Origin: Coniocarpon cinnabarinum
Taxonomy: Eukaryota
Assembly: GCA_051942205.1 (NCBI GenBank)
Contig: JAVECO010000148.1
Coordinates: 1-59,962 of the forward strand
DNA length: 59,962 nt
Reading direction: 5' to 3'
Made by a program: the position numbers and the translations under genes. The notes beneath the pieces were generated by a model. That model was not told the origin of the DNA. It was given only the letters and a program-made list of their open reading frames with translations, and made no database searches. This document shows positions 46,664 to 59,962 of the stretch, in pieces; within the stretch, counting starts at the first letter, position 1; each line of letters opens with the position of its first letter.

Positions 46664-47713
46664 TTACTCCGTTTGGCCGAAATCATAGCTATTACCGAAA
46701 CCCCGACGTAGATATCGTGCCTGCGCCGCCTGTTCGCTCACATATTCCACAGGGACCTCCAAATCCGCTTGTGCTTCAAGCATAGGCTTTAAAGCTCGCG
46801 AAAGCTCCAATTTCATCACGTTTCGATACCACGGTGCGAAATGAATCATTGCCAGCATGACGCGTATCTGGTCTGTCCAATTCGGCATGCCCGCATGCCA
46901 GAGCCGCAAATCCCGAATCACAATGCTGCCTTTCTTAGTTTGAGGCTGGCCTGGCGCACGCGATTTGCGCCGTTCATGAAGCAGTGCGTCCTTGATGCGG
47001 CCGCTCGCTCGCTCGCCATGTGCACCTTCTTGCACATGGACCCCTGAGAGGACGCCAGTATGCGTGCCAAGCCAAAGCTCTGTGGATCCGTTTGCGGGTG
47101 TAAAATCTATCAGTGGCACGTTGACTACAAGGGCGAAGGCATGGCTGGAATACGCAAAGTCTACACCGGAGTACACTAGCTGTCGTTAAGGCTCAACGCC
47201 TTGCGTAGGAGGCATAGCCGCGTTTCCACTGCAGAACGTCCATTTGGGCTTCGGCCCTAACATTGATGACGTGATCTGTGTGGCGATCGGGTTCAAAAAG
47301 ATGCTTGCATGGAAGAAGTCGTGTGTTGGTGGTGGGTCGAGTTGGACTACGCAAAGTCAGTCAGCTTCGGTCAGTATACGAATCTAACGTGGGGATAGTA
47401 TACTGTTTCCAACGTTGTAGTTGAACGGCATGTTTTTGCCACGCTGCTGGAGCTTACACGCGTCCGCAATCATCCGGGCATTCAAATGGTCCAAGTCATG
47501 ACTAGGGATTACATCCGACACAACAACAAGACCATCCTCATGGAGGCCTCGAACAGCATTTTCAAGGTTGCGAGTCTCTAGTTGACCCGATGAACGTTCT
47601 TCGTAGCTCAGACCAACTATGCTCGGCATCGAGGAAGCACAGCGTAGCCCAATGCTCACTCTGGGTCGTCTTAGTGCTGCAGTGATCGGCTTAGACAGTA
47701 TATGGACCATCAT
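46664..47713 (-). pseudogene. Phytanoyl-CoA dioxygenase (PhyH)-family Fe/2OG dioxygenase with premature stop and destroyed HxD motif
   Basis: Spliced (intron ~47403-47347): MPFNYNVGNIQLDPPP...LGPKPKWTFCSGNAAMPPTQGVEP*RQLVYSGVDFAYSSHAFALVVNVPL...NGSTELWLGTH...IRDLRLWHAGMPN. TAA at 47188-47186. Confidence 0.82.
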
Positions 47714-48749
47714 CTTGAGGCTTGCTAAGGTTTGAAATCATGCAGCCAAAATTGAAATGCGGGAGATGTTTAGCAATAAGAAAAAATGGGATACTTTAGC
47801 TCCTGCCTCAACATGAAGCCCGACTACAGGTAACCTACATCAGGCGTTCCTTGCTGAATCTCAGAGGACTGACGCGAACGGAGACCCCACCAGATGTTGT
47901 GGACAGGTACCTCTAGAGGTTGGAGAAACGCCGAAAGGCCGAACCTGTAGGTACTGCGTGAAGAAGCACTATACGGAGGTGCGAATACAGTGAAATTGGC
48001 GATATTTCGCCGCAGATCAATTCCGCACAAGTTGATACCATGCGCCTCCTGTGCAAGTGGCCATACAACGATAATTCGAGCACCGAAAAGAAAAGTCCTG
48101 CGTAGACTTGTTGATGAGCGGATAGATCCACACATGATCACCTAATACTCGAAAAGTCGAACACGCTGTATAAAGTCGCGTTATTTTGGGCGAAGCAGGG
48201 GTGTCGCCAGATTAATGATTGCTATTCCCCTCATCATCCCAATATCTAAAAGTCAAGAGCTTCACGTTCTGCCAAAAATGCTCATTCAGAACCTGAACGA
48301 GCACCACGGTGTTCCTTTAGTGATAGAAATTCTTGCCTTCCCGGAGCGCAGTGTGACCGCAAGCTACTGAGGATCAACTCAATCCCAAGTGGTAATTTCA
48401 AGGTATCTCTCTAAGTTATGCAAAGTGCGGTTGGCTCGGCATAAGTCTTGGGACAGTGCTTGTCTGCTGCATGCAAGCTGCACCGCATTAGCGAGTGCTT
48501 TCCTAGTCACTTACTATAGCAGCGAGTACACTGCATTTCCACGTCTGCTCCGTCATAAATCGAAGTCGAAGAAAAGACATGTTTGTGTCCAAAGTACCGT
48601 TAAGAAATTTCACTAAATTAGGCAAGGTCCTTATGGGACAGCACCCCTCCCAGATCTAGGCCTATCTCACAACGTCTCCCTGGCACAGCCTAATTTTATC
48701 ATGAATGTAAGTCTCCTATAACTCCCGAATCATACTTATCGATTGCGAA

Positions 48750-49330
48750 ATGTGGTGCCAGAATTGTGGCAAGCACCGCGAGCACTATCACGAGATGGGC
48801 ACTGCTAAAGCCAAGCACTGTCAGCGCTGCCGTGCCCGCGGCACAACTCTCAACACGTACTGTCGCTTCTGTGGACAAGATCGCTACGTCCGCAATGACG
48901 TGTGCGATGTTCATTGCGGGAACAGCGCAAGCCCGGGTATGTCTTATGGGCAAGGCCCCTTGTCTCTTGTAGCTAATCAATGGGGCCATTAGCCTCAAGC
49001 GACGGTGGGGCATCAGCCGACAGCTATGCGGATAGCGCGGCTACGGATCTGAGTAGTGCATCGCCGACTACGTACTGCAACTTCTGCGAAACGGACTACG
49101 ACACCGAGAGTGCGTACCAGTTCCACAGGAATTATAATAAATCAGGCTGCTCAGAGCATGAGTGCTGTTTCCCTCATAGCGACAATTACCAGCACGCGAA
49201 GGAATCATACCATTCGCGATGTTTTGTGCCTGGCTGTGATTCAGTTTATGCGAAGGAAGATTGGGACGATAAGGATATTGTTAAGCACGTGGGTGAGGAG
49301 CATGATGATGAGGAGAGCGATAGTGATTAG
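48750..49330 (+). CDS. Small Cys/His-rich multi-zinc-finger-like orphan protein (2 exons, 174 aa)
   Basis: ORFs 48750-48992 and 48980-49330 join in frame via intron 48937-48992 (GTATGT, GCTAAT, TAG); CxxC x4, CFVPGC...HVGEEH. Confidence 0.7.
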
Positions 49331-50299
49331 GTCGTCATCCTGGTAGACACGTCAGAGCAGACATGATGCGAAGCCTTGGAAATCATGCGCTAATTTGCAA
49401 TCTTGGAGAACCGAACGACTAGGTTGTGAAATGGATATAATATGGCGACCTTCCGGCGCGTGGCATCTCGTAAGGCTGTGCTTAGGTTTGGCGAGGATTT
49501 AGTTTCTCAGGTCCTCTGACATGGCAGAAACTACAACGGCTTTTTTGTGGAATAGGTGTATTTGGATTATTGTCATGAAAATTATGTGGCCGGCTTAACT
49601 TTTATGACAGCTCACCTGTCCCTTACAGCTAAAGCTTTCACTACTTTGATCGACTACACACTTGCCTGATGAATGATCCGCGATATGTGGAGTCCAACAC
49701 CAGCTCAGAAGAGTGATCGTGGAGAGTAGTCAGGCTTGCGAGCGCTGTAACGTAGGTAACACGGGAGACCGTGAAGGTCCTCAAACAACTTCTTGACGTG
49801 CCCTTTGCAAATGGAGATCGGTAATCATGCGGCGGTGGCAGAGAGACTAGTTCATCAGATCAAGGGAGGATGCCATTCCTAAGTAGATGTATCGTGTTGA
49901 AAGAGGATGAAAGCCACTGGCCGAGCTTTCCTCCTCTAATGCCCAGTCGGACTTGCTGCTGGAGAACCAAAGCCATGCATGCGAGCTCAATGTCGGATTT
50001 TCATACTTGCTGTACAATTTGTTCCTGAAATAATGCTCTAATCATATCAGCGTTCGGAAAGTATACTCATTGATGAGGCGCGTAATTGGTCCTGAGTCGT
50101 AACGCTTGCTGACTGATCTTACTGCGTCTGGTTAGCGTGATTGTTTTAGTCAGGCACCAGGGAAAATCACGGCGTTACGGAAACATCGTTGCAGCGCATC
50201 ATACGATCGTTATCTACTCCCAAGGTAGTTTTGGCCCTTTCGCTCCGCCCATTCAGGCTTTGGAACGAATGTCTTCATCAAGCGTGCAATGAGGTCGAG

Positions 50300-51890
50300 A
50301 TGAGAGTGGTTACATATCTCGGTCGCCTCGCTGCTGCGGCGCTGGCGCTGGCGCCAACTACTTTCGCAGCGCAGAACGCCAGCACGAACGAGAAGCAGTC
50401 TACTTCGATTCTACCGAGTACATTTAAGCCTCCACAGGTATTCAAGAACACCAATCTGGTCCGCAACACCAACATAGATAAGGGATACGTCCGCGACACA
50501 ATCAACGTAGTCATTGAGAACGTTGATAACAGCCCTCAAAGTCAATATTTCGTTCCTTTCCAAGCAGAAATAATACCGTTTGTGGGTGGTTTCGAAGCAA
50601 AGGATCGCAACAATGCCGACGCAGCGCCTTTCAAGACAGCGCACGTGGAATTTGACGAGTACAGGTGGGTTTGCTGCCCTCTCCTTTATCACGCTTTCCT
50701 GTAAGCCACGAAATTCAGGTCAAGCCAACTGATTGTGCGCCCACAGTCCAACCCAGTACTACCGCATCGATCTGCCCAAGCCTCTGGCTCCGAAGGACCA
50801 ACTGACCATGAGCATTACATACCACCTCTTGGCACAGCTCACTCCTGTACCACCAGCAATCACACAGGCTGAGAAGCAATACCTATCCTTTACGTTCAAC
50901 GCCTACGCCAACTCGGCATATCCCACTTCAAAACAACGCACGAAGCTCAAGCTCAATAATCAGGACACGCCAGACTATGATATCGTTCCACCCAGCAGCA
51001 TCAAGTCAGATAACTCTGAAGATCCAACCAAGTCTGGCAACTCCCTCACATACGGTCCTTTCAACGAAGTACCTGCAGGCGCCTACCAGCCTGTGTCCGC
51101 TCGCTTCGACTTTACGAAGCCCATCAACCGCGTTGAGACGCTCGAAAGAGACTTTGAGATTTCTCACTGGGGAGGAAATCTGGCGACTGAAGAACGCTAT
51201 CTGTTGTCAAACGCAGGTGCTGGGCTCAAGGAGAACTTCAATCGAGTGCAATGGACCGCGACCAAATACTACAATCCGCCGACGTCGGCCCTGAAAGAGC
51301 TCAAGATCCCCTTGAGCCCCGGAGCCCGAGATCCTTACTTTGTAGACGATGTTGGCAACGTCTCGACTTCACGGTTCAGGCGCGGGGACATAGACAAGGG
51401 CAAGAAGGCGATGCTCGAGCTGCATCCACGATATCCCGTCTTTGGCGGATGGCAGTACAAGTTTAAGATCGGCTGGGATCGAGATGCGCGCGATCACCTG
51501 CGGAAGACGGCAGAGGGCGAGCACGTACTGCGGGTGCCTTTCTTGGAGGGACCACGACAGAACGAGGGGATATATTACGAGCGGGTGAAGGTGCGGGTTA
51601 TCTTGCCGGAGGGGGCAGAGAACGTGCGATGGGAGACAGGGGTGCCGGTGGAGGAGGTACGCGAAAGCAGGTACAAAACATTCATGGACACACTGGGGCG
51701 GACCTCGTTGGAGCTGACGGCGAGGAACCTCTGCGACGACTGGACGGAGAGGGATCTGGTGGTGATGTACGAATACCCGGCGATGGCGGCATGGCGCAAG
51801 CCCTTGACGATAGTAGGGAGCATGCTGGGGGTGTTTGGGCTGGTATTCGCATTGAGCCGAGTGGATGTAAGCATATCGGGAGGCAAATAA
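50300..51890 (+). CDS. OST1: Oligosaccharyltransferase subunit ribophorin I
   Basis: Signal peptide; FKNTNLVRNTN; EISHWGGNLATEE; YFVDDVGNVSTSRFR; PRYPVFGGW; ILPEGA; C-terminal TM; intron 50665-50746. Confidence 0.95.
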
Positions 51891-52171
51891 AGGTGGGGGG
51901 AGCAATCTCACAGCATCGAGCTTCAAGAGCCGAAGCAGCCTGTACACTATAGCCGAATGAGAGGGAATTGGCAGGGGTGAGGTGCAGGAGAGGGACGAGG
52001 AGGTGGAGCTTGTGGAGGATGGTTCGGAATGGTGGGAAGTGAGAGATACAATGGGGCGGAGAAGAAAAAAAGAGGAGCAGAGTCGCTTAAGGGTCAATGC
52101 GTGGAAGAATCCCCACCATTGGTAGTCGTTCCAGGCTATCTGCTACCTCACCGCTCACCTTTGCTCTGGAG

Positions 52172-52179
52172 CACGTGGG
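52172..52179 (+). promoter_or_regulatory. Pho4/NUC-1-type PHO box CACGTGGG upstream of VTC4
   Basis: gCACGTGGGt ~220 nt upstream of the ATG; VTC genes are PHO-regulon members in yeast. Confidence 0.6.
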
Positions 52180-52392
52180 TGTGACGAGCAGGGCGGATGG
52201 CTGAGATTGTCCAAGCAAACCTAAGCCGGGAAATCTCGCACGCCGCACTTGCTCTTCCCACACCCTTCCTGCCGACCGCGTTCCAAGCTTTTCACCCGAG
52301 CTCTGTCAGCGCCGTCTTCACTTCTCTTCGCCCGCAACAGTGTTTATTTTCCCGTAGAGCATACTTTGGATTGCATCCGGCACTGTGGCAGC

Positions 52393-55058
<2,666 letters not shown>

Positions 55059-55139
55059 AAGTGTCGATGTGGCTGACTTGGATCATGAAGGGTCACTGTA
55101 CTTATTCTTGAATTGTACATTGCTCTCACATCTGCAACA

Positions 55140-55810
55140 TCAGGGCTCTGCGCCCTGATCTTCGCTCTGCTTCAGAAGTGATGCTTGGGCTTCCTTGAGC
55201 GTTTCCTGGGCTTTGCTCGTTTCTTCAGCCGGTGCCGTACCGTCGTCTTCGGCCTAATCTTGTGAATAGTGACAATTGGAGATGTGGCGACTGAGACTTA
55301 CTATTTGTGTTTTAAGATCGCTGACGGCGTTCTCGATTCGGGTTCGTAGTGGGCCGAAGACGGCTTTGGTCTCTTGTAGCGATTGACGCTGCAGTCATTA
55401 GTCGAGAACTCATACACATCTTTTGAACTCCATCCAAATCGACGTCCACTCAAAGACACAGCGCTATTCCATGATGTCAAAAGCTCGTCAATATGAAACT
55501 GCGTGCGGTCTCATTTCAATTGAGTACTCTTCAGACGTCCAATCTGGATTGCTCTTGGATTCCGATTCCACTATCACATATACGCCGAAAGCAATTGAAG
55601 TTGCGTAGCAAAACGAAGCAGCTAGCCTCACAGGAAATGGATACGTACCTCTTGCCTGAGCATGAATTCTTGGTTCTCATCGCCCGGTTCGGTCTCGAAT
55701 TTTTGGATCCGTCGGATTTGGCTGTCTTCTTCTTTGTGGTAGGTTGCTTCTTCCTTGAGGAGGCGGGACACGGCGGACGTGGCGATGGTGAGTTTACTGG
55801 GAGGGGCCAT
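55140..55810 (-). CDS. RBL2: Tubulin-binding cofactor A (TBCA/Rbl2), 3 exons
   Basis: MAPPSKLTIATSAVSRLLKEEATYHKE...FMLRQE/RQSLQETKAVFGPLRTRI; intron 1 55648-55389; second intron near 55301-55254. Confidence 0.88.
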
Positions 55811-56021
55811 TGCCAATTCAATGGGATTTTAACGTGATAGTCGGGATTTGGTGGACTAGCTGCTTTCTCGATTGTCAAGTTACTTTCTTTGGACTTTACT
55901 CTTGGGATGCTGCTTTCGAGTCGTGATTATCTTGCTGCCTATTCTCCTATGTATCGTGGTAGCCCGTCCCATTGGATCTCCATGCCTGAGTACGCTAGGC
56001 CATTCTGAGACCTAAATTGAA

Positions 56022-56134
56022 ACGCGTCGCGCGTCTTTCTCGACGCGTCTTCTTCTTCAGCGCGTCAACGTCCCTCCCTTTTCTCACACCCAAAACCCCC
56101 ACTAACTCGCTACCAACGCTCGATAACGCGCGAA
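56022..56134. promoter_or_regulatory. Cluster of MCB (ACGCGT/CGCG) elements in the divergent RBL2-MCM4 promoter
   Basis: ACGCGT at 56022 and 56043, GCGCGT at ~56029 and ~56060, ACGCGCGAA at ~56126. Confidence 0.8.
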
Positions 56135-56144
56135 CGCCAGCAAA

Positions 56145-59100
56145 ATGTCGACGCCGTCAAGCAGAAGAACAGCACGCTCTTCACAAGCAAACACACCTCG
56201 AGCTGGCCCTAGCAATACCGGTCAAGCCCCCAGCTCCTCCCCAGTCTTCTTCAGATCGTCTCCAGCGCCTGGCGCGCTTTCAGAAAATGGCGACCGAACC
56301 CCGCTTGCCAATGGCAATGGCATTAGATGTATGTATTTCTTTTGAGTTCATTTACCTACGAGATTGGCTGATCTAGTGGGTAGCATCATCACCCATCCGC
56401 TACATGTCAAGTTCAAGCCCCACTCGCCTGCGGCCACATCAACCGCCTGGCGTTCACCCAGGCAGCTCGTCCAGCGGTCTCTTTGTTCGCGATCCAGCTT
56501 CAAGCACTGGTCGGATACGTGCGCGAGATCGCCGTGGCGACATCTCCTCAGATCGGTATACCGTGGGTACACCAGGCCGAGGCACGCTCTTTGTAGACGA
56601 GCGCGGTCAGCCAGTCAGAGACGTTCCAGGCTCTTCCAATGCTGCTACTTTTTCAAATCTGAACCCTGGAACATCAGAAGCAGACGCACTTGGTGGAACG
56701 GGTACAAGAATCGTGTGGGGTAGCAACATTTCGCAGGCGGAGGTGCTGAAGGTGATCAAGGACTTCTTGATGAACTATGAGCGGCGATATCGTTTGACTC
56801 GTGAAGGTGAGATCAGCCATACGGAGAAACTTAGCGCGGATCATCCTGGAAAGACGAAGGAGTATGTGGAGATGATGCAGACGATGCTGGATTTGGGGGT
56901 CACGGCATTGAATCTGGACATGAAAAATCTGAAGGCGTATCCGAGCACCATCAAGCTGTGGCATCAGATGCAAGACTATCCCAACGAGATTATTGACCTG
57001 TTTGATACGACGATTAAGGACTGCATGGTTGAGTTGGCGGAGAAGCGGATGCAGGAAATGCGTCGACGACGGCAGCAACAGCAACAGAACTCGCTGCAGA
57101 CCCAGTCGCAGTCTCAGCAGCGACAGCGAGACTCGTCTTCCGTGCCGCCTGTGCCTAGTTCTGACGCGGACGCTCAAATGGATCAGAACGCCCCCACCAC
57201 GCAGGACATGTCAGACATTCCAGACTTGGTTCGCGAAGTCGAAGCCAAAGTCTACCGCGTCCGCCCTTTCAATCTCGACAGCAGCATTAACCTCCGCGAC
57301 CTCAATCCCAAAGACATCGACACAGTCGTCTCCGTCAAGGGTCTCGTCATCCGGACTACACCCGTTATTCCAGACATGAAAGACGCCTTCTTCCAATGCA
57401 GTGTCTGCAACCACACGACCATTGCCGAAATCTACCGCGGTCGCATTGCTGAGCCGACTGAGTGCCCCAGAGAAGCCTGCAAGAGCCAGAACAGCATGCA
57501 AATCGTGCATAATCGCTCTGGCTTTGCTGACAAGCAGGTAATCAAGCTGCAAGAGACGCCGGATCATGTGCCAGACGGCCAGACGCCGCATAGCGTCAGT
57601 ATCTGTGCATTCAACGAGCTCGTGGACTTCTGCAAGGCGGGTGACCGCGTCGAGATTACGGGTATCTTCAAGTGCAACCCCGTTCGGATCAACCCTCGTC
57701 AACGCACGGTCAAGTCTGTGTACAAAGTGTATGTGGACGCCCTTCACATTCAGAAGACGGACAAGGCGCGTCTCGGCGCCGATGCAAGCACCATTGAGCA
57801 TGAGCTCTCCGAGCAAGTCGCCGCAGGCGTCGAAGAAGTGCGGAAGGTCACGGCGGAAGAAGAAGCCAAGATCAAAGAGACCGCCGCTCGACCGGACATA
57901 TACGAATTACTCTCACGCTCACTGGCCCCCAGCGTCTACGAAATGGACGATGTCAAAAAGGGCATCCTTTTGCAACTCTTCGGCGGCACCAACAAGTCCT
58001 TCGAAAAAGGCGGTAATCCGAAATACCGCGGCGATGTGAACGTCCTCCTCTGTGGCGACCCTTCGACTTCGAAATCTCAATTGCTGCAATACGTCCACAA
58101 GATCGCCCCAAGAGGTGTTTATACTTCTGGCAAGGGCTCCTCTGCCGTTGGACTGACCGCATACGTAACTAGGGATCCAGAGACGCGACAGCTAGTCCTT
58201 GAGTCCGGGGCGCTTGTGCTCAGTGACGGCGGCGTGTGCTGTATTGACGAGTTTGACAAGATGAGCGATTCCACGCGCTCCGTGCTACACGAAGTGATGG
58301 AGCAACAAACGGTCTCCATTGCGAAAGCAGGGATCATCACGACGCTCAATGCAAGGACTTCAATCCTGGCGTCGGCCAATCCAATTGGCTCAAAATACGA
58401 CCCGAACCTTCCTGTCCCCCAAAACATCGACTTACCACCGACGCTTCTTTCCCGTTTCGACCTCGTCTACCTCGTCCTCGACCGCATCGATGAGACCGCC
58501 GATCGACGACTCGCCCGCCACCTCGTGGGGATGTATCTCGAAGACAATCCCGAGAACGCCTCGAGCCGCGAAATCCTCCCCGTGGACTTCTTGACGTCTT
58601 ACATCTCCTATGCGCGGAACAACATCCAGCCACAGATTACGGACGCGGCCTCGAAAGAACTGGTCAGCAGCTATGTCGAGATGCGGAAGTTGGGAGAGGA
58701 CATCCGGGCTGCTGAGCGACGGATCACGGCGACGACACGGCAGTTGGAAAGTATGATTCGCCTCGCTGAAGCGCACGCGAAGATGCGCTTGAGTTTGGAA
58801 GTGACGAGGGAGGATGTGAAAGAAGCTGTGAGACTCATTCGAAGTGCCGTGAAAGCGAGTGCGACTGATGCGAGGACGGGGCTCATCGACATGGGACTCT
58901 TGACTGAAGGCGGTAGCGCCACGGAACGAAGAAGAAAAGCCGACCTGAAAGGTGCGGTTGCGCGACTGTTAGGAGAAATGGGAGGGACGGGAAATGTTAG
59001 AGTGACGGAGTTGACGAGGCGGATCGCAGAGGAATCTTCGATGCCGGTTGAGAATGAGGAGTTGAATGAGGCTCTCCGCGCTTTGCAGCAGGAGGGGTCG

Positions 59101-59157
59101 GTGCAGATTGTGGGGCAAGGTGCGTCGAGGAGCGTGAGACGAGTTGCTGCGCTCTGA
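56145..59157 (+). CDS. MCM4: DNA replication licensing factor Mcm4 (Cdc54/Cdc21)
   Basis: S/TP-rich N-terminus; intron 56329-56383; Zn finger CSVC...CPREAC; Mcm4-type Walker A GDPSTSKS; IDEFDKM; SRFD arginine finger. Confidence 0.97.
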
Positions 59158-59392
59158 GAAATGAAGACAAGCATTGGTGGCGTTGAGATCGCTTTGCATT
59201 GTGTTGTTATGATTGATGTATTGTCTACGTTTTCGTCATTACATTGGCTTGGCTGGTAGTCTTTTGCATCAAATAGGGGGCTTTTCGTATTTGACATTGT
59301 CTTGTCTGTCTTGCTATGGATGCACTCAGTCTTACACCACTGCTGTATCATCCCATACAGTTTCCTGTTCAGATTACGAGTGATTTTCTCAC

Positions 59393-59414
59393 TGGATGGA
59401 TGGATGGATGGATG
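59393..59414 (+). repeat. (TGGA)n microsatellite, ~5 units
   Basis: tggatggatggatggatggatg read directly. Confidence 0.8.
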
Positions 59415-59962
59415 CTTCGCTGGTAGCTTTCGCCACGAGAATATCCTTTGCTGTGGCTTGGGACGTCAGCAGCGATGAGTGAATAGGTGTTCCTCAGCTC
59501 CGTTCACCACAACACCATCAGCCACTGATGTCCGACATTCGCAACGTTGCTTGCAATGTTGTGAAAGGGAATTGCTGCCCTTGATAGCGGGACTTGATTT
59601 TCAACGGTTGGTCTTCCTTCTTCCTTTGGAAATCACCGATTCTTGTCTTCGAGAATCGGTGTCTCGCCACTGGAGTATGCTTTTTTCCCGACTCAATTCT
59701 TCTCGCGAGACCCATCAATGTGATAAAAAGCAGGGCAGTGGCTCCTTGTTGAGACCTGACGTTCTTGCTTCGCTACCATCTTCCTCGTTGCTCTCCAGGG
59801 AAAGGTCACAGCTCCATTGAGAAGCAGATTATCATAAAAACGTTGCCGCTCGTTGGGTATAATAGTAATTTTCCTCTGGAAGTCTCAGTCCTCACGAAAC
59901 ATCCATCCTCTCCGCGTCGCCTTCACCCTCTTCCACCTCCTCCCCCTCTTCCGGTCCCATCC

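Noticed and set aside
56674..59351. Antisense ORFs over MCM4 (and the similar one over OST1 at 51369-52097)
   Set aside because: Codon-bias shadows of highly conserved genes.

Overview
Gene-dense, intron-containing DNA of a filamentous ascomycete (Pezizomycotina; short GT..CTRAC..YAG introns; Dothideomycete-like, but the taxon cannot be fixed from sequence alone). About 23 protein-coding loci are supported. Housekeeping genes include DAP1, a TDT/SLAC1 transporter, U2SURP/SR140, a Tre1/2-like M28 pseudopeptidase, ATR/MEC1, COG4, ADE2, a fused pseudouridine glycosidase-kinase, OST1, VTC4, tubulin cofactor A and MCM4. Accessory loci include an alpha/beta-hydrolase + cupin + Zn2Cys6 trio, a small secreted Cys protein, a secreted repeat-CFEM protein, a PhyH-type dioxygenase and an orphan zinc-finger protein. 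The most notable observations are: (i) a secreted precursor with five GPGxxLGKVVPY-type repeats separated by Arg sites and fused to a C-terminal CFEM domain; (ii) a PhyH dioxygenase whose HxD iron site carries a tight patch of inferred CpA>TpA changes, including a TAA stop; (iii) an otherwise intact hydrolase with one TAA at a Trp/Tyr position; (iv) a ~380-bp MITE with perfect 30-bp TIRs, TA flanks and an AT-rich core; (v) MCB and PHO-box promoter elements. Exon boundaries were deduced by eye and family assignments come from motif recognition, not database searches.
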